Assembly (NCBI GenBank): GCA_003599755.1
Contig: QZJO01000009.1
Span: forward strand, 86,140-150,139
DNA length: 64,000 nt
Direction: 5' to 3'
Origin: Candidatus Parcubacteria bacterium
Lineage (GTDB): Bacteria; Patescibacteriota; Minisyncoccia; Sungbacterales; SURF-37
Below are positions 55,822-64,000 of this stretch, piece after piece. Below the pieces are notes generated by a model, which had not been told where the DNA came from, did not search any database, and worked only from the letters and a program-made list of their open reading frames with translations. Position 1 is the first letter of the stretch. The number at the start of each line of letters is the position of its first letter. Made by a program: the position numbers and the translations under genes.

Positions 55822-57314
55822 GGAAGCGATGCAGCGCGTTCCCGCGGAGCTGGGGCGACAATTTGATAAATCTTCACTATCGGATTCTCGTATACGCGTC
55901 GAAGCGCGGGATCGCGATCAAAATCCGGATTACCAAACTGCAATTCCCAAGGCCCGTAATATACGTACTCCGCCGCGACATCGCTCCACTGCACTTGGAG
56001 CGTCTCATAGCGACGGATGAGCTCTTCGCGGCGATCGTCCGGTACCCGCCCGCATCCTTGCCGGAAATACTCATTCACCGCGCCGCGGCTGAAGTAGCAA
56101 GCATACAAATCGTCCGTAAGTTTGCGGAAATTCTCATCGCGATAGTAACAGAGCGGTCCCACGCACGCGATGGCCGGAGGTTCCGATGCGAGCTGAGCCG
56201 CAAGGGTTTCGGGCGCGACGGCGAAGAGCTTGCTCGCCGTAAGATACCGCGCCTCGAGCTCATCCTGCGGGAGCGGTGAAATGATACTCTGCGGCAGATA
56301 CGGGCGCGCAGACGTATACACGGCGAGATATTGCGAGGTCAAGAACGACGAAGAGATGATCCGCGGCTCCCCCGGGATGTGTTCGTTAATCCATTCCCAT
56401 GATGCGGCAATGTCTTTCGGGAAAAAATGTTTGTTGATGATCCATTGCTGGGGCTCTCGCGCAAGCATTGCGACGTTCACCGCCTTTTTGGCAACCACTG
56501 CCAGAGATCCGAGCGCGATGAGCGCGGTAATGAGGATTGCCGCGCGCCGAGAGCGCTCGGAGATTCTCCGCGCGAGTTCAAAAACCATGAGGGATACGAT
56601 AATGAAGATCGTAACGCTCGTCGCCTTCGGCCAGTGGTCGGGCGCGGGCACAAAACCGGTGACGAGCTGGACGTTCCATATGACGGGCATTGCCGCGATA
56701 AGAATTATGAGAAATATCGCGCGCATGCGGTCCCGCTTGCCATAGATAAGCCAGGCGAACGCCCCAAGGACTATATATGCGAGATAATCAAAGCCAAGCC
56801 CGACCCAGAAAAATTCGCGCCCTTCGGCAAGCGACAAGCGAAGAAGAAAATCCTCTTGCCCTTCCGCGCGCGTGAAGCGCACAAAGTTCATCGCGTAGGG
56901 GGCAAGCGTTACCGCAGCACTCCCCAGCATGATCGCCGCGCCCCGAAGACGCGCACGATCGCCCTCGCGAATATAGGAGAAGGCAGCGGCAACGGCTGTC
57001 ATTCCCAACACCGCCATCCAGTAGATCCACGTATGAAAGTAGACGTAACCAAGAAGGCCGCCCGCGACTCCGGCGAAGATGGCGTTGCGCGGACGGGGTC
57101 GCTCCCAAAATGCCAGAAGCGCCAAGAATGCGATGAGGAAAAACGGCAAGGTCAACAGAGGAAAATCGAGGCGCGTCAGCGGAAGCTTGTCGATCTGCGT
57201 ATTGACGCCGGGCCAAAATTGCTTGACGAAATAGCCTAAAAATTCCCGCCAAATCGTCGCGAGGTCGCTTGAACGCGGCGTGAAAAAGAATTGCTCGAGA
57301 TTAGGCAGTGCCAT
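55818..57314 (-). CDS. Polytopic membrane protein of unknown function (possible glycan polymerase or lipid-linked glycosyltransferase).
   Basis: ~11 TM helices and a soluble C-terminal domain. 4-nt overlap with the downstream methyltransferase. Confidence 0.45.
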   Translation of the reverse strand: MALPNLEQFFFTPRSSDLATIWREFLGYFVKQFWPGVNTQIDKLPLTRLDFPLLTLPFFLIAFLALLAFWERPRPRNAIFAGVAGGLLGYVYFHTWIYWMAVLGMTAVAAAFSYIREGDRARLRGAAIMLGSAAVTLAPYAMNFVRFTRAEGQEDFLLRLSLAEGREFFWVGLGFDYLAYIVLGAFAWLIYGKRDRMRAIFLIILIAAMPVIWNVQLVTGFVPAPDHWPKATSVTIFIIVSLMVFELARRISERSRRAAILITALIALGSLAVVAKKAVNVAMLAREPQQWIINKHFFPKDIAASWEWINEHIPGEPRIISSSFLTSQYLAVYTSARPYLPQSIISPLPQDELEARYLTASKLFAVAPETLAAQLASEPPAIACVGPLCYYRDENFRKLTDDLYACYFSRGAVNEYFRQGCGRVPDDRREELIRRYETLQVQWSDVAAEYVYYGPWELQFGNPDFDRDPALRRVYENPIVKIYQIVAPAPRERAASLP

Positions 57315-58293
57315 AAAAGTTGAGCATCCGGAGGGGAATCGGCGTAAGCGCCGCGACCAGGGCGAAGGCGAGCGCCCAGAGGTTTCTATGAAAGAGTTTC
57401 TTGCCCACGAGGAAGAACAACAGAAAATTCACCTGGGAAAACACGAAGAGCGCGGCAAGGTATGCGGGATATATCTTTCCTTCGGCGGGAACGAGGAATG
57501 CGGCGAACACGAGCGAAGGAATCGGATTGCGCAACGTCGTCGGCGAGTCGTCGGCGAAGGGATCAGAGGAGGGTGAATGGCCGTCGTATACTTCCCGCGC
57601 GCGAGCAAGATAGGTAAGATCGTTCCGGTAATTTTCATAAGAGAATACGAACGGCTGGCCGTCGTTCGTCTCTAAATATTCCGCGATCGCCCACAACGGC
57701 CCAACATGGAGCAGGCCGACGATAAGCGAACACGCGGCAACCAGCATCGGGAATACCGGCCGTACCGGCGTCTGGGAAACGCCCGGGAGCGCCGCTCCGA
57801 TACCATCGCGCATAGCCGCGGATCTGTCACGGAAGACGAAAAATCTAAACCCGCAGTAGTTCCACGCGATAATGGCCACAATCGAAAGCGCCTCGGCGAA
57901 GTTCGCCCAAACGACTTCGGCAAGATCCTCGAATGCCGCAAGCTGTGGCGCGGGTGGAATGAGCGTGGTTACCACATAGACGACGCCGGCGTTGAGCGCG
58001 ACCGCGCCTCCGTTGACGAGCACGAATTTGAAAAACTGCCAGGCCCCTCCGCGCGCGCGAAACACCCAGCGACTGTTCCACGCGTAGCTATGTACGATCA
58101 CCACCGCCGTCGAAAACGCACTGATAACCATGAACGCGATACCGGCGTAGACGTCAAAAAACGCGCCCAGCAAATTCACGAGCGCGAAAAAAAGGAGCGT
58201 GTTGAGGACGCCGACAACCACGTAGCGGATGAATCGCGGGGATACGAGTCCGAAGATTCCGCCCCCTTCCCTGCCGAGTCCGAACAATCGCAT
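57301..58293 (-). CDS. GtrA-like membrane protein with an extra C-terminal TM region.
   Basis: FIRYVVVGVLNTLLFFALVNLL...HSYAWNSRWVFR matches the GtrA family (PF04138). Confidence 0.6.
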   Translation of the reverse strand: MRLFGLGREGGGIFGLVSPRFIRYVVVGVLNTLLFFALVNLLGAFFDVYAGIAFMVISAFSTAVVIVHSYAWNSRWVFRARGGAWQFFKFVLVNGGAVALNAGVVYVVTTLIPPAPQLAAFEDLAEVVWANFAEALSIVAIIAWNYCGFRFFVFRDRSAAMRDGIGAALPGVSQTPVRPVFPMLVAACSLIVGLLHVGPLWAIAEYLETNDGQPFVFSYENYRNDLTYLARAREVYDGHSPSSDPFADDSPTTLRNPIPSLVFAAFLVPAEGKIYPAYLAALFVFSQVNFLLFFLVGKKLFHRNLWALAFALVAALTPIPLRMLNFYGTA

Positions 58294-58343
58294 GGATTCG
58301 ATAATACTAGCAGACGGGGCCGAAAAATTGAACTACATACGGG

Positions 58344-59314
58344 TCATCCGCTACGGGCGCGATACCAATCAATGGTCTTTTGGAGTCCCTCGTCGAGATC
58401 CGTCTTCGCCCGAAACCCGAGCAAGCGCTCGGCTTTCGAAACGTCGACCAACCGCACCGGGATCATGGATGGTTTTGAAGCATTGAATTGAATCCGGGCG
58501 CCAGTAAACCCGTCGAGCTCGAGAATTTTGTCGAGCATGTCTTTAACCCGATATCCTTTGCCGAGCCCGATATTGAATACATCGTATCGATCGATTTTCT
58601 CTGCAGCCAGCAGCATCGCATCCACTACGTCGTCTACGAAAATCGGGTCCCGTACATCCTCCCCCGTCCCCCATACTTCAAGCGGGTCTTGGCGTTCGAC
58701 GACTTTGCGGATGAGCGCGGGGATGACGTGCGAGACCGCGGGATCGAAATTATCGCCGGGGCCGTAAACATAGGAAAGCCGGAGAACAATCGTGGTCATC
58801 GGCTTGGCAAGCTTTTCTCCGTACATCCGCGCGAGCACTTCGGTGATGCGCTTGGACCATCCGACGAAAAAGTATTTCTCGAACGGATCGCCTGAAAACA
58901 TCTCCTCTTCGCGCACCGGCCGCTGGCCGGTCGGCGGATAGGCGGTGGTACTTCCGAGCCACACGAGTTTTCGGACGCCTGCGCGGTACGCCGCATCGAA
59001 AACGTTCGCGTCAATGGCGATGTTCGATGTGACGCTCTGCAGCGGATCGCGCGCAGTGGCGCCCGCGCCCGGGGTGTAGGCCGCGCAGTGAAATACGTAG
59101 ATAACGCCTTCAAGCGCCTTTTTGCACTCCTCCGGCCTGGCAAGATCGGCTTGTACGTACGATGCGCCCGCTGCGCGATCCTTCGGCTCCGTCCGGTTGA
59201 ACGTCGCGCGCACTACCGCGCCCGCTTCGACCAGGCGCTTGGCAAGATTCGAGCCGATCAGGCCGGATGCGCCGGTGACGAGCACGGTTTGATTTTTGAG
59301 CAATGAGTCGGCCA
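58344..59314 (-). CDS. NAD-dependent epimerase/dehydratase (SDR family).
   Basis: Start at MADSLLKNQTVLVTGASGLIGSNL (SD AAGGA 8 nt upstream). The track ORF runs 109 codons further upstream in the same frame through an Arg-rich low-complexity stretch. Confidence 0.8.
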
Positions 59315-59407
59315 TGGGACAATCCTTAATCCTTACTACCATTGCACATACCGTGCTGTAACAAAAGAAAAGCCCCCGGCGCATGCGTCGCGCCGAGGGT
59401 GCAACTG

Positions 59408-60202
59408 TCAACGATCCTCTACTCCCGGGGGGCGAAGCTGTCGAAGCCCGAGATACGTCGTGCCGACGGTGACCATGTCCGGCCCTGCAGCTTGCGTATC
59501 GCCGATCTGGATGTGCTCCTGATCTCCGCCGTCGAGGAGCGCAAGCCACTCGTACACCGGGAACAGGACCGTACCGATAAACTCGCCCGCATCGAGGTTG
59601 CGGCTCGACTTCTCGACCGGGTTCCTGGGAATCCCGAGGCACGGGAAGATCAGATCCCCGGTCGCGCCGACGTGCACGGGAATGGCCGAGCGGCGCAGGA
59701 ACTCGACCCGGTCAAGCGCGATCCGCGTCTCCTCTTCGAACTCCCGGGCAGCACCTTCGGCCAGATCCTCGCCCTTCTTGAAGCCGCCGGAGGGGAGCTG
59801 CAGGATGACGCGCTTGACCGCGGGTCGGTAGGACGCCGTCACCGGCACGAGACGGCCGATCGGCGAGGGCACGACCGCGAAGGTGATTGAGTAGGCGCGG
59901 CCGGGGCTGATGTGGAAGTACGTGGTCGGCTTCCCATCGGGTCCCTGGTAGATCGCGGCGGCCATCGGCGGGACGAAGCGGAGCTCCTTTCGTTGCGCCT
60001 CGGCAAGGTCCCGCGCCTGGTAGTCGGCGACCGGGACTTCCTCGACGAGCGACCAGTTGTCGATGCCCATCTCGCGAAGCACGTCGTAGACGCTCTTCGC
60101 GTTCACCACACGGAGGTCATAGATTGTCTCCACGCTGATTCTCCTCCCAGTTTGGAATGAACAGTCGAAACAAGCTGTAAATGAAATCCAATAAAAAGTC
60201 AA
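59408..60202 (-). CDS. NUDIX hydrolase.
   Basis: Nudix box GGFKKGEDLAEGAAREFEEETRI. True start may be an internal Met (e.g. MGIDNW at 60070). Confidence 0.6.
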   Translation of the reverse strand: MTFYWISFTACFDCSFQTGRRISVETIYDLRVVNAKSVYDVLREMGIDNWSLVEEVPVADYQARDLAEAQRKELRFVPPMAAAIYQGPDGKPTTYFHISPGRAYSITFAVVPSPIGRLVPVTASYRPAVKRVILQLPSGGFKKGEDLAEGAAREFEEETRIALDRVEFLRRSAIPVHVGATGDLIFPCLGIPRNPVEKSSRNLDAGEFIGTVLFPVYEWLALLDGGDQEHIQIGDTQAAGPDMVTVGTTYLGLRQLRPPGVEDR

Positions 60203-60248
60203 GGAAACCCGCGGGCGAGCAAATTTGCTATTTCAAAGAGTCTGGATG

Positions 60249-61316
60249 CTAAAACGGCCCGCGGAATTCGGCGATCTCTTTTGAAATCTCGCCTTTGGCC
60301 GTCCAGGGACGGCGGCCGTGAAGCAGCCGATGCGCGGCTTCGGCGATCGTGCGCGGATTTGGATAGAAACGGTCCTCGAGCGGACGCGAAGGCGGGCAGG
60401 TAGTCGCGGCGAATCCGAGGCGTTCGAGTTTCGGCAGCGCGAGTTTTTCTTTCTGAAAATACTCGACGATTCGCGCGATAATCTCCGCACCCGCGCCGCA
60501 GGTAGGCCATGCGTTGTCCGCGATAAGAAGGTGTTTCGTCTTTTTGACCGAACGGAGAATGGTATCCATGTCGAGCGGGGCCAGCGTCACCGGGTCGATC
60601 ACCTCCACCCGGATGCCGGCATCCTCGAGCAGATGGGCTGCCCGGAGCGATTCGGGCACCATGTAGGATATCCCGACGATGGTTACGTCGCTCCCTTGTT
60701 TCAGCACGCGCGCCCTGCCGAACGGCACGGTGTAGGGTTTGGCCGGCACATGTCCCTTCATCGTGTGCAGCATGCGGTGTTCGATGAATACCACGGGGTT
60801 GTTGTCGCGAATGCTTTGGATAAGCGTCCCTTTCGCGTCATACGGCGTAGAGGGGATTACTACCTTCAGTCCCGGTACGTGCATGAAGAACGAATAAAGG
60901 GCTTGCGAGTGCTGCGCGCCCTGCCCCCAAGAGCGGCCGATCACCGAGCGAAATACGGCGGGAATGTTCACCGAACCGCCGTACATGTAGCGGGCCTTTG
61001 CCGCGATATTTACGATCTGGTTCATCGCGAGCAGCAAAAAATCCATGCGGATATGGGCGTGGATCGGACGCAGGCCCGCGAGCGCGGCTCCGATCGCGAC
61101 GCCCGTCATCGCATCTTCGGAAAGCGGCGTATCGAATATGCGCGACGCGCCGAATCTTTTTTGAAGGCCGGCAGTAGTTCCCCACATGGCGATATGATCG
61201 TCCACTCCCATCCCAAACATGAACACCGAGGAGTCGCGGGCCATTTCTTGTTCCTGCGCCTCCCGAATTGCCTCAGCATAGGTGAGAATGCGCTCCTTCA
61301 TACTAGGCAAAGACAT
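60249..61316 (-). CDS. TPP-dependent 2-oxoacid dehydrogenase E1 component, beta subunit (transketolase-like).
   Basis: E1-beta fold: N-terminal pyrimidine-binding half and C-terminal transketolase_C-like half (DAGIRVEVIDPVTLAPLD). Confidence 0.85.
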   Translation of the reverse strand: MSLPSMKERILTYAEAIREAQEQEMARDSSVFMFGMGVDDHIAMWGTTAGLQKRFGASRIFDTPLSEDAMTGVAIGAALAGLRPIHAHIRMDFLLLAMNQIVNIAAKARYMYGGSVNIPAVFRSVIGRSWGQGAQHSQALYSFFMHVPGLKVVIPSTPYDAKGTLIQSIRDNNPVVFIEHRMLHTMKGHVPAKPYTVPFGRARVLKQGSDVTIVGISYMVPESLRAAHLLEDAGIRVEVIDPVTLAPLDMDTILRSVKKTKHLLIADNAWPTCGAGAEIIARIVEYFQKEKLALPKLERLGFAATTCPPSRPLEDRFYPNPRTIAEAAHRLLHGRRPWTAKGEISKEIAEFRGPF

Positions 61317-62301
61317 CGGTGAAAAGCTCCTCTACCTTCGGAAAAGGACTTTTCTCGGCGTATGCGAATGCTGCTTTGATTTCACGCTCAACCGCGCGCT
61401 CGATTGCGGCGCGTTTTTTCGGAGCGAGAAGGTTCCCGATGCGCGGGAGCTGATCATTCTTCACCCATGGCTCGAGTTCCTTCTTCGTGCGATATCCCTG
61501 GTCGTAGTCATCACCGGGACCCACGTGCTGGCGCCAGCGATACGTCATACACTCGAAAAATATTGGTCCGGATTTCCCTGCCGTGATGGCTTGGCGCGCG
61601 CGCCGCGCGCGCTCGTAGATCTTCAGCACGTCATTGCCCTCGATGCGCTCCGCCGGCATCCCATAGGCCCGCGCCCGTTCTACGATATTCGCGCGGGCGT
61701 GGCGCGCGCGCTCATGGGAATGGATCGCGTAAAAATTGTTTTCGCAAATAAAGATAACCGGGAGTTTTCTTAGCGCGGCGAAATTCATACTCTCGTGCCA
61801 TACCCCCTCGTCAACGCCGCCGTCTCCGAAAAAGCTCACCGCGATCCGATCCCGGTCGCCGCGGTAGCGGATCGCGAGCGCAAAACCCACAGCTTGCGGA
61901 ATCGTGGTTCCGACGATTGCTGACGCACCCATGACGCCGACGCGAACGTCAATCAAATGCATGGAACCGCCCTTGCCTTTGTTCGAGCCAGTATGCTTGC
62001 CGTAAAGCTCGGCGATCATTTTTTTCAGATCACCCCCCTTGGCGAGATAAAGCGCGTGCGACCGATATGTACCGAAAACAGCGTCCTGTGGCTTTAGGGC
62101 CTCGGCAACCCCGACCGACACGGCCTCCTGGCCAATAGAAAGATGCACGGGACTTTGAATTTTGTCCGTGGGATACACCCGCGCAATTTCCTCTTCTACG
62201 CGCCGTATTCGATAGAGCGAGCGGTAGAGCGTCTCATGAGATATGGATTTCATCGGATGCGGATCGATCAAGCCGGCAGGCCGGCGAAGTGCTTGTGCCA
62301 C
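61303..62301 (-). CDS. TPP-dependent 2-oxoacid dehydrogenase E1 component, alpha subunit.
   Basis: TPP-binding GDG-X24-27-NN region: SFFGDGGVDEGVWHESMNFAALRKLPVIFICENNFYAI. Confidence 0.85.
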   Translation of the reverse strand: MAQALRRPAGLIDPHPMKSISHETLYRSLYRIRRVEEEIARVYPTDKIQSPVHLSIGQEAVSVGVAEALKPQDAVFGTYRSHALYLAKGGDLKKMIAELYGKHTGSNKGKGGSMHLIDVRVGVMGASAIVGTTIPQAVGFALAIRYRGDRDRIAVSFFGDGGVDEGVWHESMNFAALRKLPVIFICENNFYAIHSHERARHARANIVERARAYGMPAERIEGNDVLKIYERARRARQAITAGKSGPIFFECMTYRWRQHVGPGDDYDQGYRTKKELEPWVKNDQLPRIGNLLAPKKRAAIERAVEREIKAAFAYAEKSPFPKVEELFTDVFA

Positions 62302-63374
62302 ACGAGGTATTCGCGGAAAAACCCTTCCATCATCTCCTTTTCCGCCTGCGGAAGATTCGTGAGTGCTTTGGCGCGCTCAAGACCTTGGGCGGCGAGCTCG
62401 GCCGTTGCCGCGCGATACGACTTCTCGGCAAGCGGTATTGACCGAAGGAGTTTTACGAATCGGTCCGCTCCCCGGTCGTTTACCAGTTCGTCCTCTAAAT
62501 CCTTCCAGAAATCATGAGGATTCCGAAACTGCTTCACCAGCGGATAGCCGTACGAGATGATACCGCCGAGGTGCTCCGCCAGTTTGCAGACGAAAAAACT
62601 CGTCCAGATGTCGGCATTCCGACCGGTGGAAACAGGCGTGTAATATGCCGGTATGATTTCGCGCGCAAAGGCCGTGTTTTGGTTGTTGAACGCGCACCAC
62701 GTGCCGGGCGCGAGCCCGAAATTCGGCTGGAACGCCTCGTCCATCCCGACAATGCGCACCGGCCAAAAGAGGCGCGAAATCGCGTCTTGATCGGGATCTT
62801 CCAGCACGAGCCCGTTGTTGACGATAACGGTGCCCGCCTGCTTCGCCACTGATTTCTGCTGGAGTTTGTACTGGCGCTGGCCCCACGGGAATCCCCGCGG
62901 AAAAATCGGAATTCCTTTCTCCTCGCGAAGCGTCTCGTAGACATTCCACCAGCCGGTTTCGGTCGAAACGAGCGGAAGCGTCGGAGACGTACCGGCGATC
63001 TTATGCGCGCCGACGAAATCAATATCAGTGACGAAATTATCATCGTCGACCGAAATTAGCGTTTCGCATCCTTCCTGGTACGCGACAAGATGCCAGAGAA
63101 GCCGCCGCACGGGCGTGTTTTCCGGCACCATCGCCCAAAGCTCGGGGAACTCGGCAAGGCGCTTGCGCTGATCATCGAGATCCACATAAGTAATCGGGAT
63201 GTTGTACTTCACCGATACCGTCTCGCAATGCGCTTTCGTTTCCGGCGGCGTCTTGCGGTCGCCGATGATGTACCACGCCAAATCAGTATGCCGATGCGCC
63301 GCAATATTCGCGCACACTTCATCAATGAAGGTCGGTACGCGGATCGTGGTGGTGAGGAGGACGGTTTTAGCCAT
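62268..63374 (-). CDS. Putative GT-A-like glycosyltransferase (DxD-containing) of unknown specificity.
   Basis: LISVDDDNFVTD acidic motif. No close family recognised. Confidence 0.4.
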   Translation of the reverse strand: MAKTVLLTTTIRVPTFIDEVCANIAAHRHTDLAWYIIGDRKTPPETKAHCETVSVKYNIPITYVDLDDQRKRLAEFPELWAMVPENTPVRRLLWHLVAYQEGCETLISVDDDNFVTDIDFVGAHKIAGTSPTLPLVSTETGWWNVYETLREEKGIPIFPRGFPWGQRQYKLQQKSVAKQAGTVIVNNGLVLEDPDQDAISRLFWPVRIVGMDEAFQPNFGLAPGTWCAFNNQNTAFAREIIPAYYTPVSTGRNADIWTSFFVCKLAEHLGGIISYGYPLVKQFRNPHDFWKDLEDELVNDRGADRFVKLLRSIPLAEKSYRAATAELAAQGLERAKALTNLPQAEKEMMEGFFREYLVWHKHFAGLPA

Positions 63375-63383
63375 ACACGAGCA

Positions 63384-63821
63384 TTACATGATGCGCTGCG
63401 CACCAAGGAAGCTTCGTACTTCAGACATTGTGCCGCGCGGGAACGATTTAAAAAATGCGATCTTCTGGGCTTGGGCGCTTCCACGAAGGCGACCGCCGAT
63501 CGGCCGCGCGAGATACACAACGCTCACACTATGCTGCCATCGCCCGAGATAACGGTACTCAATGACGCCGACGATCCGTTGCACGGCAAGCTTCAAACCA
63601 GTCTCTTCGCGGGCGATCCTCCGGATTGCAGCCGGTAATTGTTCCTGCATCCGGACTCGCCCGCCGGGAAGATGCCACATGCCTTTATCCGGCTGAATAT
63701 CACGCCGCGAGAGTATGATGCCCCGCGCGTCCCGGATCACCAGATCCACGCACAAACGCGGCACCTTCCGATAGATCGAACGATACTTCCTATCTGAAAG
63801 CCACGCGCTCGTGTTGGCCAT
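63384..63821 (-). CDS. NUDIX hydrolase, GDP-mannose mannosyl hydrolase-like.
   Basis: Nudix box GGRVRMQEQLPAAIRRIAREETGL. Confidence 0.7.
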   Translation of the reverse strand: MANTSAWLSDRKYRSIYRKVPRLCVDLVIRDARGIILSRRDIQPDKGMWHLPGGRVRMQEQLPAAIRRIAREETGLKLAVQRIVGVIEYRYLGRWQHSVSVVYLARPIGGRLRGSAQAQKIAFFKSFPRGTMSEVRSFLGAQRIM

Positions 63822-63822
63822 G

Positions 63823-64000
63823 ATCAGCGCCAGAAAAAAAATTCGTACGCGAACTGGATGAGATGCGCAAACCCGATACGGAAGAGTTTGAGGCGCCGCT
63901 CCGGGTCGAGGCGCTTCGGCTCGTCTCCGGGAATCTCGACGACGTCGAGTTTGCGCTTCGCCGCGCGCACGGACATCAGCGCTTCCCAGGGAATATTCAT
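63823..64000 (-). CDS. Partial small ORF at the window edge (>=59 aa, N-terminus possibly beyond the window).
   Basis: No stop codon between 64000 and the TGA at 63823..63825, which overlaps the ATG of the downstream Nudix gene (ATGA coupling). Confidence 0.2.

Noticed and set aside
58344-59642. N-terminal 109-codon extension of the SDR epimerase ORF (Arg/Pro/Gly-rich).
   Set aside because: Low-complexity, GC-driven. A canonical start with SD precedes MADSLLKNQTVLVTGASG, the normal SDR N-terminus.

Overview
High-GC (~60-65%) bacterial chromosomal segment with almost every gene on the minus strand. Several features are consistent with a small-genome, CPR/Patescibacteria-like organism: split transketolase, insertion-bearing 23S, many fused or unusual hypotheticals. 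That assignment is inference only.

Content, left to right:
(i) A compositionally distinct low-GC (~43%) edge gene for a repeat-containing secreted protein.
(ii) A pentose-phosphate trio: transketolase N-terminal subunit, rpe, rpiB.
(iii) RodA/FtsW and a membrane hypothetical.
(iv) A 23S-5S rRNA unit without an adjacent 16S. The 23S carries two insertions: an ORF-less group I intron at E. coli position L2593, and a helix-25 intervening sequence (IVS) encoding a GIY-YIG (YhbQ-like) protein enclosed by a 15-bp stem.
(v) A CmpX-like membrane protein and a MerR-type HTH membrane protein.
(vi) EF-P, preceded by a 650-nt non-coding region.
(vii) A 3-gene minus-strand block: sigma70-r4/HARE-HTH protein, membrane protein, DUF87+TraG-D_C (HerA/VirD4-like) ATPase.
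(viii) secD and secF, a stand-alone Cas4-like Fe-S PD-(D/E)xK nuclease, and dinB.
(ix) A fused L,D-transpeptidase/D,D-carboxypeptidase, YwbE and secA.
(x) A polyamine cluster: speE plus two tandem pyruvoyl AdoMetDC paralogs.
(xi) hpf and murB.
(xii) A ~27-kb surface-glycan locus (36.5-64 kb). It includes WbaP-like phosphoglycosyltransferase, GT4, O-antigen-ligase/TPR, deacetylase, a NeuA/NeuB/NeuC nonulosonic-acid module, TagF-like transferase, methyltransferases, a TPP-dependent E1 alpha/beta pair, Nudix hydrolases and an SDR epimerase.

The exact 10-mer TGTGGATAAC (DnaA-box consensus) occurs four times, always intergenic. No CRISPR arrays or tRNAs were found.
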